From Amoebophrya sp. A120 (Eukaryota; Protista; Dinoflagellata): DNA of 64,000 nt. The stretch lies in NCBI GenBank assembly GCA_905178155.1, contig CAJINV010000017.1, forward strand, positions 1-64,000. Reading direction: 5' to 3'. A program made the position numbers and the translations under genes. Positions 37,678-49,177 of the stretch are shown piece by piece (position 1 is the first letter of the stretch; every line of letters starts with the position of its first letter). The notes beneath the pieces were generated by a model. It ran no database searches and was not told where the DNA came from. It worked only from the letters and a program-made list of their open reading frames with translations.

Positions 37678-39334
37678 AAAACGGTGATGAGGAAGGTTGC
37701 TGGTTGAAGCAGCAGGTGTGAAGTGGTAGAAAGCTCAATCTTTTCTTGATGTTCGCAGTGTTACTGGCCATTTTCCGAGTGGGGTCGTAGGATGCCATCT
37801 CTAGTAGAGGACTCCAACGATCATACCGAAGCGGGAAATAGCAGGTGAGCGGGTGTTGATGAAGAGTTTTTGTGATTCATTGAGCGAGAAAGGCGGATGT
37901 TTAGGCAATGGACTGAATCAGCACGACTAGCAAGTGCTCCAGTGGTGCATGCTCACACTTACTAAATGCCGCGCGTCAAAATATCGAAGAAGTGTGAGAG
38001 CAAGGAGGGGATTCCGCTTGTTCAAGGCGACGAGTTGGCCACTTTCTTTCACTTTTGACGATTATTTTCTAGCTGTGGGCATCGCACTGCATCTCAAACA
38101 AAGAGCAGTAGACTCCAGCACGAGAAGATGGCGCAGGGAGGCGGAGGCGGGAGGAGGAAAATTGCCGCGGTGGCTTCCTTCCTTGCGCATACTTTGTGAT
38201 GATCAGGACAGGCGCCGCAGCCCTTGAAGCGGCCACTGGCATACCCACGGCCAGCCGCCTACGGGCCGGGCTGTGGCGCGGGCGGTAGCTACGGCGGGCA
38301 CGGACGGCGGCGCAACGTCGGGCCGGTCGTTGGGCGAGTGATTCGGCAGCCGCAAATTTCAAAAACGGCGCGAATCGAAAGAAAGCGCGGAGCAAGCGAC
38401 GGGGTACGCCGACAGCCCAGCAAGGTGCAAACATCGAGCAGCCCAGCAAGCGACGGGGGCGAGCTGCCCAGCAAGGTACAAATATGGACAGGGCTGCCGA
38501 CCCTCCTCGCCCCGCCAGCCTGATGCGGCCCGTTCTGCCATGGGCCCCCCGCGTGGCCCGCTTGGGGTGTGGGGCTCTGCCTCGGGCCGCGCCTGCATGC
38601 CTGTAGGCGTGTGGCCTTTGGTTGCGTTGTGGCTGGCGCAACATGGCGCCCCCTCCGGCGTCGGCCGCCGCCCTTCGTGTTCCGCCGCTTCGCCGGCCTT
38701 TTTGGCCGCCCGCCGCGGTTACAGGGGCCGCGTGCCCGAGGGCGATTTGGGCCCAGTAAGTGCGCTCGCGTCTCCGCCCGACGCCGATCGCACGGCCCTG
38801 ATTCTGCCGCAGCGAGCTAGTGTGCGTGGCGCGCCGTCTACCTGGTGTAGCTAGCCAATCCGCGCCGTGCGCTTTGCGCAGGGAGGCCGGGCAACCGCAA
38901 CAGACCAGTCGGGTCTATCAGTCAATTAAGCGAATTCACTCAGTGTCGTGAAGGTGAATGTGAGCAAGCATGGCCACGGACACATCCTGTAGGCTTTTTG
39001 CTGGTTCTGTTGGATTCAATTTTGAACCTTCTTGCCTTCGTCGAGAATAGACGAGGTCGCCGTGTGTTCTCTGTCTGGAGTAGCAGCCTGTCGACTTACG
39101 TAAGTACTCGAGTGGTCCATTTTTTTGAAGAGATTTGAATGAGATGCACAAACAGAGAAGAGACCCGCTTTGAGTTTGAAGAGAAGGAGTCTACAACGAT
39201 TGAGGAAGAGGAAAGGGAGTATAGGATTAAAGTTGGCCAGTCAGCGACCTATTGTTTGTGGGTCTTGACCCCCTGTTTTCGTTTTGGCTCTTGAACGTCC
39301 ACCTATCGAGTCGTGCCGGGGCTGCGCAACGCCA

Positions 39335-40165
39335 ATGGTGGACCACGAGAACCGTCAGTACATCCACGATTTCCAAATCGAGCGTCTTTTCAAGGACATG
39401 ATCGACCATGTTTTGGACACCGCATCCAACACGAAGCGCCTTCCCGCCTCCGAAAGCGAACTGCGGGTGCAGCTCCTGCGGTATTTCCGTGGCCGCCACA
39501 CGAAACAGGAAGTCGAAGGTTTTGCGGGCGGGCTGATTACGAAACTATCGGACTACAATGCGCAGCAAGTAACGGCTTCGACGAAGCAGCTGCAAGTAGA
39601 CCCACAACTACAAAATTTTGAGCCCATCTTCATTCAATCCCTGTCGCAGTTAGTCCAGTCCGCGCAGAAAGATTTGACGCGGTTTGAGGAAGCGGAGCAG
39701 GTTCGGCAGGTTCTGAAGTTTTCGAAAGAGCAAACGGACGAATGGTACGTGAACATCTTCGAAAAGCTCGTGTCGAACGATGACGGATTGGCGAGTCGAA
39801 TGGCTTTGAGTAAAGCCTACGACCAAGTTGCAGGGACGAGGAGCAGTAGTACGAATACGGGAGGAAAGTACGTACTAGGTGGGAAAGACGGGGGCAATCA
39901 GGTAACTTCTGGAAACAACGCGGGTGCGTCGACCTCTACAGCATCAAAAACAAGTAACAAAAAAACCTCACTGGAGATTGTGACGGACACGACGTCGATG
40001 TCTGGATCGAAGGGAAGCAACGAGGAGCCCGAAGCTGCTGCGGGGGCAACGGAGCAAGATGAGCGGATTTCCTTTGCTGACTTTTTACGAATGATTGCGG
40101 ACCGGGAACGGGAGGAGGAGGAGGGGGAAAACAGAGGCTCTGAAATCAATATTCCGGCGGTTTAG
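39335..40165 (+). CDS. hypothetical protein with possible RIIa/Dpy-30-like N-terminus and EF-hand-like motif
   Basis: MVDHENRQYIHDFQIERLFKDMIDHVL...P resembles docking/dimerisation domains; ISFADFLRMI resembles an EF-hand exit helix. Confidence 0.55.
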   Translation: MVDHENRQYIHDFQIERLFKDMIDHVLDTASNTKRLPASESELRVQLLRYFRGRHTKQEVEGFAGGLITKLSDYNAQQVTASTKQLQVDPQLQNFEPIFIQSLSQLVQSAQKDLTRFEEAEQVRQVLKFSKEQTDEWYVNIFEKLVSNDDGLASRMALSKAYDQVAGTRSSSTNTGGKYVLGGKDGGNQVTSGNNAGASTSTASKTSNKKTSLEIVTDTTSMSGSKGSNEEPEAAAGATEQDERISFADFLRMIADREREEEEGENRGSEINIPAV

Positions 40166-42130
40166 TAGAAGAACTAGAAGTAATCCAAGCGAATAAAAAA
40201 GCGTGAAGTGTTAGATAGTGATTGAGTCATGCAAAATGACAGCGTCTTGGTCTTCGCTGCTGACGAACGAGTTATGGTGTAATCTCAATCATCTCTTCAA
40301 CACGGCAAAATAGCAGGCTGCGAATCATGAATAATGTCAAGGAGTCATCACCATACCGTGGCTGTTTCAGACGGTGGATCCTGATCCTGAATGTAGGCAC
40401 AAGACTCAATATTTTTTGCCTTCAGGAGGGAGAGCGAAGAAGGAGTGCGGCATTACGCCGGCAAGTATTTATGATTGTAAGTAGAGCAGACTCAGACACG
40501 AAGACGAAGTTGTAGGATCTACGAGCGGGAGGGGGACGAGCAGGCGAGATGTCTTGTATATGGGTTGGAGTGAGGTCTCGGTCTTTGTGCCGCTTCTGCA
40601 AAGATAAAAGGAAGGCATATTTATAGTACGAAACAGAGCAAACTTCTGCACGTGCGGGCGTTGTTGTGTGTCTAGTTGATGCAGAGCGACGGCGCTACGG
40701 CGGCGTGCTTTTCTGGGGCCGCGGCGGCCGCTCCGTTCGTCGCTCCTCGCCGGCCAATGACCAGGGCCCGGCTCTCTGTTGCAAACGGCGCGCCGGCGAC
40801 GCGGCCCGGTGTCTCGGACTTCCTGGAAGAGCGCGAATCGCGACACTTCGCTCAGACGATGAGACACCTCAGCGCGCGCGGCGGGGGGCCCCTGGTTGCT
40901 TGTGTCGTAGACGACTCCGCGGGTGGCGTCCTTTGATTGTTTTCCCGCTGCCCGCCTGCCGGCCGCGCCGGGTGATTCGGACGGCCGGGCCTGTTTGCGC
41001 AGGGGGGCGCGCCCCTTCCGGCACGCGAAGGACACCGGGAGGCGAAAAGCCGCCCGCCCGGGCGCCCAGAGTGGAGACGCAACAGGCGGAGTCGTCTACC
41101 TCTATCGCCGGCATGGAAGCCCAGCAGGCGCAAGATTCCACAGCTATCACTGGCGTAGAGCTGGAGCAGCAACGTGCGTCGACGGCGTTTGCCGGGCTGC
41201 AAGAGGAGAGCGCCCGCCTCCGGCAGGATATGGCTCTTCTTCCGCTAGATGACAGGGAGAGGCGCCATTATGGCAACGCGAGTTCTCATCTCCGCGGTGT
41301 CAAGGCTAAATCTGCAGAAGAAATGAGCACGATGGCGACGGCATTGACGGACGTAGAAGCGGATAGCGCACAGCTCCGCCAGGATAGCGCTGCTCTCCGC
41401 CAGGATAGCGCGAGTCTCCGCCGGGGTACTCCATCCAAGCGCAGCAGGCGCAAAACCCTACCGCCACCACTGGCGTAGAACTGGAGCAGGGGCGTTCGCT
41501 GGGAGAGGGATGAGGAGCCTGTCGCCCCCGGCTCGTTCCTTCGCCTCCCCCCTGCGCCTAGCAAGCTGGCCGCCGTAGTTGCCGCGGATGGTTGTTGCCA
41601 GCCCAGCGCCGGCCAAGCGGCCGTGTGTGTTTCGCGTCCGTGGTCGGTTTGGCTGCGCGCGGGGCCGGCGGCGTTTTCGATTGGGAATTGTCTGGGGCCT
41701 ATTTGTCTCATGCAGTGGCGCGCGGGGCCTCTGGGTATGACTCAATGTGCTTCCGGCGCCGCCGATTATCCCTCCCTTTTCGAAAAGGAGGCAGCCGCGC
41801 GTTCACTACGACGGACTTACGGCAACAGCAGCGCGCGCGGGCTATTTTGCCGCTCCTGCTTCGCTCCTTTTGGTTTGTTTCTGACCCTTTCAGAAAAACC
41901 CGCGTGGTGATGTGGGACTGGGTGGCTGCCGACGCGGGTCGAGCGACCTTGTTTGGTTGAGCTTGTGTTCGGAGGGAGCCTTGCGCCACCGAGTCAGCTT
42001 TACGTTTATGTTTCGCGTTTTTCGAAGAGGTGTTTGCTGGTTGGACTGAGCGTTCGAGCGACCGCGCGCGAGTGTCACGGGCCAAGCCTGCACGGTTTCC
42101 TGAGAAGACTCTGTGTGACCTGCGGTCTTC

Positions 42131-45100
42131 TTGGTGTCGTGTGTGAAAGGAGGGACGTGGGATTATGGCTTATCCATTCTTCTTGTCGGCCCCGACTATG
42201 TTATAATTGCCTACCACGGCGGACACACGAACAGGTTGTCGCGCCACGGCCAGAAGCTCAAAGAAATTCGGTATCTATCGCCCGGCATGCCGCCCGGTTC
42301 TACCATCTCTTCAACCCAGCCGCGCCAGTCTTCCAAAACCAAGCCCCAGCGTTTCCCGTCCCTTCGTCTTCCCCCCGCGGAGTACCGGGCGCCAGCGACA
42401 CAGGACGAGAAACTGAAAATACACCTGAACCTTAGCGATAATGGTTTGGACACGATTGCCAAACTCGCCACAACATTGAACCACGTACCGGTCGGCCACA
42501 TCGAATACTTAGACTTGAGCCGCAACAACTGGAGCCAGCATGGGTTGGACCGGCAGTTGGTTCCGTTTTTGCAGGACGTGTTTGTCCATTTACCTTCAGG
42601 AGCGCCGTTTAGTTCATCTTCAACAAATCCAGCGCGTCCAGGAATCAACAACGTATCTGTTGTGTCGTCGACGCATAGCCAGCTGTTGCAGCTCGAGCAT
42701 TCACAGACGCAGGCGGATAATGCAGATCAAGAACGAACCCGAACCGTGCGACGAAGGAAGGCGAAGTTGTGTTCTCTAAAAGCACTGAATCTTTCCGGAA
42801 ACAACGGTTTGTCGATTTTCGGAGCGGCAAATTCCAACTCCCGGACGAGAAAGCCATCTACACCTGCCGCACCTTCCGACGCTGTCCAAATGAGTGAGAG
42901 GGCGTCTTCTCATCAATCGCGCCCGAAGCCTCCAGATATCACACCTCTGCTTTCCAGCCTCGTCGAGTTGAATCTCTCCGGGTGCAGCCTAAGCGGCGGA
43001 TTTTTCCGGCAGCTTTGCGACTCGCTTTGCGGTGGTTTTGTTTCATCACGTGATGAAACAAGTTCTGTTGCAACTACACCCTCGCAACTCCGGAAGCTCG
43101 ATCTTTCCTACAACCGAAACCTCCTCGATAATCCCAGAGCGGCGAAAAACTTCGGAATCACGTTGAGCAGGAATTTTTCCCTAGTCGAGCTGAAGCTCCT
43201 TCACACGGGGGTCTGCCTGCAGGATTTGGTGGCCGGATTTGGCGACAACGGCGAAACGCGCGTTTCCAAATGGGACTTGGGGAAGAATGCAAACTTAGGT
43301 GTGGACGACATGCGGGCGTTCTGTGCACTGCTGGTCCGGAGTTTCGGCTGCACTTCCGGTGGCAGCTCCGCGGGTAGTGGCGCGCTGGAACAAGCAGTAG
43401 ACCGGGCTACGATACAACTGGAGGGCCACGGCACAAGCGGAGGTGATGTTCTGGAGACGATTCGTGACGTCGATCAAGGAGAATCTCCGCGGCGTGAAGC
43501 GTTGCCACAGCTACCGCGACGCGAAGTCTCTCTCGGCCTTAGCGACCTCACGATCGACTCGGAATCTCACGCGTTTCTCGGCGAGACGCTGTACCAATTG
43601 ACAGCAACTTCTAGGGCAAGCGATCGTAGTTCCACTGCTGCTGCTCTTCCAGCAGCACAAGTAATCGCGCCTCTCTCGCTTTCCCTCGACCTCACCCGGT
43701 GTCGCATCCGCGGGTCCGAATGGGATTTCGCCAGCGACGGCCCTTTGAGTAGCTTGTGTGGAGGTTGTAGTAGAGCGTCAGAAACTTCCAGCGCAGCAAG
43801 CCATCAAGCGCAGTCGGTCATTATTTCCAGCCAACACGGGAAACGCATGACAGAGCTCTATCCTGCGCAAAGCGGAAATAAACATTACTCCTCTCCCTAC
43901 CGCCTCCGCACCTTTCTTCACTTCCTCTGTTCTGCGAGATTCGACACGCTTCTTCTCGACGACGTTGAGTTCGGTAACACCAAACCGGCCGAAGTGACAA
44001 GGATCTGTTCGAAGCTGTTAAAACGGACGGAGCATCACTTTTCCGCGCAAAAGCTCATTGGGTGCTACAGTACTGCTGGTGGAACAAATACCACGGCGTC
44101 AGGAGGTCCACCGGGAGCAAATCCCCACAAGAGAACCTTCACCAATCTGGAAAAGCAGCAACTTCCCCGGGAGGAGCAAGAGGAGCAGCTGCGGGTCTTT
44201 TTCAACAGTTTGAAAACCACTAACGCGGGGAAAACGTCGGTCCGAAGTAGCAGAGTCTCAACTGCAACAGCCCGGGTTACAAGGCAAAGCCGGTTTTCGC
44301 TCATCTCCGCACCACGGAATCTTCCCGGGCGAAAGTTCAGAAAACTTTCCTTGAACGACTGCAATTTGCAGGACGGCGGTTGTGCCTTGCTGGCAACTGT
44401 TTTGGCGAGAACTTGTTGTTTTCCGCTGCTGGAAGAGCTGGAGCTGCAAAAGAATGGGATTTCGGAAATCGGCTTGAGAAATCTATTGCTGGAAACTAGA
44501 GGAAGAAGTACTAGAGTTCTGCTGCCGAGGAGAAGCAGTACTACTAGTGAAAGATCTTCTGCAAGAAGAAGAACGAAACTGTCCTCGTCCGACGGAGAGC
44601 ACCAGGGCATTGATTCCATCTCTAGTCCTGCGGCCGTACTATCCAGTCTCCCACCGTCCCTGATGAAGTTCGACCTTTCCAACAATGGGAAGATGCTGCG
44701 CAGTACCAAAGGACTGGATGTGTTGGTAGAGTGGGTCAGGCGGAAATGCGCGGAGTTGTTGAAAGCAACACCTTCTGAATCACAGAGCGAGCGGGAGCGC
44801 CAAAACCAAACAAATCCAAGTTTGAGCCGCGGAGGAACCGCTGGCACCAGATCAGCATGCCTGATCTGCCTGAAGCTGTCCAACTGTGGCCTCCACCTCT
44901 CCACGGACAGGAAAAGCTTGGCGAAGCTCTGGTACTGCGGGCGCCTTGCGTTTTGTGACTTGCTAGAAGTTGGCGGGCCGTTGAGGCTGGAGAGCTTGAC
45001 CGCCTTTGAACCAGGGTTACGACCGGGCGGGGTGTTAAACAGTGAAAGTGGCGTCTCCACGGCGGCACGAGAGCATCAACGTGAGCAGTTGGGTTGGCGC

Positions 45101-48100
45101 CGTTTGGAGATCCAGACGGTTGAGGACGATCAGGACGGCATCCCGATTGGGGCACCAAGTTCGACTTGTGGAGGAGCAACGGAGGATCAAAATTGCAGCG
45201 CAGCGTCACAGAGACTGAGTCACTTCGAAGAGTGGTACGTGAACCAAGCGCTGCGAGCGAGCGGAACGCAGTTCTTCCCCTCGTCTTCCGGTCCATCTGT
45301 GGCACAGAGAAATCGTCTTGAAAACGCCACCACAGGAGGAGAAGAGACGACCGGCGAAGACTCTTTCTTCTTCACAGGCTTAACCACGTCTGGACATCAT
45401 CATTATCACGCAAATACGTACGCACTGAAGCCTGACTGGGATTTCTCGCCGAAGAACGACAGCCAAAAGCGGTTTGATTACGGCAACAAAACGCATCCGG
45501 ACTATTTGGATTTGAAGGACGCAATTGCTCATGCAGCTAATACGCAGCCAGATGTTCTTGCAGGTTGGAACAACGGCGATGCTCATGATGAGCCAGTGGG
45601 ATCTTGCTCTAGTCATGCGGTTCTGGTCACGAGGCAATCATCCCACAATTTTAGCGTTCCCGGAAGTGCTGCAGTGGCCGGCGGGGGAGCACTGATAAAC
45701 AAGACAACCACCAGCGCCAACATCAGCAACATCAAAGCCGCCAACCCCTCTTCGAAAAAATCCGCGCCGGGCTCTCCCCGCTCCGCTCTTAGCCGGAACC
45801 ACTCCGGGGCGTTTTTTCCGACTTACTTCGACAATTTTGAGGACCGAGCCCCGTACGAAACGGGACTGATCCAGCACTCGGTTTCGCGGAGGAAAGCGAT
45901 TTTGAATGCGCTGGAAGATTTGATGAAAGTGAGTGCGTTCTTCGGAACAGTGCCTGTAGCCGGCGCGTCGACTACGTCTACAAGTAGAGCATCACCTTTC
46001 GCTGGATCATCTTCCGGATATGCTGGCGCAGGGCTCGGCGACACAAACAGCACGAAAGGTGGAGGTGCGACGATGATCAACCCTAGTACAACTACATCAT
46101 CATCTCGGTTCCTGTTCGATTTGAACGGCAAAACTATTCCAGATCTGTACCAAATGCTGCTACAAGACGAGCAAATCCACGCGGCGTATTTTGCTTTGCC
46201 GTTGTGCCTGTTCCGGGGACTCTCCGTCTCGCCGTTTGCCTCCGCGACATCAGCGAGCAGCTTTGGCGCTACGGGTGCGACGAGAGCGATAGCACAGAAT
46301 CTTTGGAAAATGAGGAATAAAACCACGAGCAGTCCGGCGGTCGCGACAGCTACAACGCGCCAACAGCTGCAGCTCCGAGCAGCGCCAGCAGTAGTACATG
46401 CGACCAGCAGAACTAGCAAGGCGAACTCGTCCGACATAAGAATCGGGCGCAAGTTGATTTTGATGCAGTGCCTCACGGAGTTGAAGCTTCCCGGCCTGAT
46501 TCCGGATTTTGAATGTTGGCAATCGTTGGCCAAGGATCTCACCCGGGTCTGTGTGCAGCAGTGGGTGAGTAACATGTTTTTCCCGAGGAGTAAGAGTGGA
46601 ACAATAGCAGGATCTAGTGCTAGTATGATACTGACGGAACTTCTTCCCAATTCGCCGACAATTACAATCGACGCCAGCCGCAATCAACTTGGCAAGCAAG
46701 CGGTCTTCGCTCGGGAACAGGAGAAAAACCGTGGGTTTCTGCTGCAACAGGTCGAAACTTTCTCGCCGGCGAAAGGTCCGGTGAAAGTGAAGGAGGTTCT
46801 TGCGGCCGCCGTGAGAGGTGGACAACGACTGACGGATGGACCACCTCATCTCCCCGCTGCTGCTGAAACACAAGAATCCCGCAACCAGTTTCGTTTCGTG
46901 CCACAATTACGAACGTACAGCGCAAACCACCAAGCGAGAACCCGTCCGGCCGCGGCGCGGGGGGCTGCAGGGGCAGCAGCTCCACCTGTGTCGACGGCCT
47001 TGTCTTTGCCAGGAAGTGGGTGTGCGAAGGCAGCTGCAGCAATGCCTCCAAAGGACTGTACTACAGCTGTAGACGACGGAAATAACCAGATGTCCAGCAA
47101 AAGAACGAAGCTCGAAGCGGTGAGTGCGAATCTGCAAGACGGTGATATTTTCCGGCTGATCCATCCAAAGCTTCTTTCGCGTGGTGTGCAAAAAACTGCG
47201 ATTCAAATTATCGACCTGTCGCGGATATGCATTGCAAATATGTTGTCTGGGTCTGGAGCTGGACGAAGACTGCGAGATTCGTCATGCGTGTCTCGCATGA
47301 CTCTCGGCTCTGTGTTGCGTGGCCACGAACAGCTCCTCTTGCCTGTCATGCAAGGACGCAGCTTCTATGCTGAATACGCAACACAGCGCGACGAAAAAAC
47401 CTGTCATGCTTGGCCGTGTATTACAGAGTGCTTAGCATTCACTGATTTGCATCACAACTTTTCAGGCCTGGACTTCATGTTTGCAATGCATAAGGGAACA
47501 AAATCGGTCCGAAAGGCGCGAAGGTGTTAGCAGACGGAATAAATCCGGTGGTGGTCGAAGAAGTAAATCTGGATCACAATCTCGTTCAAGCAAAGGGCGT
47601 AGAGGCGATTTTGGCAAAGTTTTGCACTATTGCAAGTAGGAGCAAGCGCGGCACTGTTGCTGCGAAGAGAATTGTTCTCTCGTTCCAAAACAACAGACTG
47701 CAACATCCAATAGCCTGCGTTTTTGAGGCGTTTTTAGAACAGCTATTGAGCAGTGCTGCGAGTTGTACTACTAGCGCTGATACGGATCTCAATGGAACGA
47801 ATAGGAACTACGTGAAGAAAACTACTTACGCAAAAACGCACGTCGCTGCAAAAGGTGAAACGACAAACACTATAAGTCGACAAGCTAGCGGGTCGACTAT
47901 GAAATACTTGTATCAAATAGATTTTTCCAACAATTGTATGATATCGGAGGGCGATGTTTTTCGTATGATTAATCTGCTCTTTCAAGAGCGAAACCTCCGT
48001 ACGAGTGTGTCCCTTAGTCTCGAAGGATGTATAGGAGGTGATGGAACGATAACATCGAAGTCACGCAAACTAGAAGCCAAAAATCCGTTTTATTCCACAT

Positions 48101-48249
48101 CTAACGATAGCATTGGCATCAAAGGTAGAGACGGCGAAAAGAAAATCGCAGCGATCCGAGAGTTGCTAGAAATACTGAGCAAAAAGTATGACGAAGAAAA
48201 TTTTTGGAAAAGATACGGGATCAACATGAGGTCGCGAGTGACAGTCTGA
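42131..48249 (+). CDS. large ribonuclease-inhibitor-type LRR protein (~1900 aa; start uncertain)
   Basis: Many LxLSxN motifs (LNLSDNGL, LDLSRNN, LNLSGNN, LDLSYNR, LELQKNGI). Removing the 47226 element joins IDLS(R/G)NKIGPKGAKVLADG to ORF 47524-48249. Confidence 0.85.
47226..47492. mobile_element. TAT...ATA introner, 267 bp, TSD GCGGA/AGGGA
   Basis: TATGCATTGCAAATATGTTGTCTGGGTCTGGA versus rc TATGCATTGCAAACATGAAGTCCAGGCCTGAA. Removing 272 nt rebuilds an LRR unit. Confidence 0.9.
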
Positions 48250-49177
48250 GTTTTTGCTAATAGCGCAATTCCCTAGAATCGAATCACAGAAACAAGTTGA
48301 CAAAATTGCAAACATGTTCGTGTTGAGTTGACATTGGAGAAAAGCCACTAGACGGCACTATCAACGGTGAAAAATTTTTGAAACAGTTTCAGAGCGTAAA
48401 GCTACGGGACGCCGTAGCCTCAAAAATTGATGAGGTCAACAATTGATCTATCTCCCGATTGAGGAGACATGCTGGTGGAAAAGTGTTCGCATGATCCCTC
48501 AGAATAGCATGTATTGTCAAATTATAGATAGTACAGAATTAGGGCGAAAAAAATCACAATCACGCCTGCACATAGTATGTCGAAATGATTTATCCCGAGA
48601 GCATGGCTGTTTACAGCCTCCACGAGAAAAACGAGTGCATTCCGCATGATATTCATTTATGCGGCTCCGAATTTATTACAAAGATCTTTTCCAAAATCCA
48701 AAACGGTCTGGAGCAATGGAGGCAAAGCTTGCAAATGGAGATTTCGTCAAAGTGAAACATCAAAGTGTAGTTTTTTTTTGTTAAGTGCAGGCCGTCTTTT
48801 TTTTTCGACTCCGCAGCAATCTGTTTCACTTTTTTTGGAAAGTCCTATCTTCAGTTTCACTCTTGTGTAGTCTGAATTAGAAAAGCACCGAGCTGGAGGA
48901 CTTTCTTTTTTACTGAAGCGACGACACCATTTCCACAAAAAATTTGAGTTTATGTTTATCGCAATTGAATGCCAGCACAAAGAACAACCCAAGAACATCA
49001 AGACAACATCATAGGCAATTTCTCAATTTTTTTCCCCATTCCACAATCCCCAAAAAGATTCACCTTCTTCAAGACCGTGGCGCACTCTTGAAGTAGCATA
49101 CGAATTTGGATATAGTACAAATACGGCTCTTGTTGATCAAGCTTTGATCACGGGCTCATTTCCACATCTCGCCTAGC

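Noticed and set aside
44065-46906. Long minus-strand ORFs (also those in the GC islands)
   Set aside because: Antisense shadows of + strand genes or stop-poor GC-rich DNA; no motifs.
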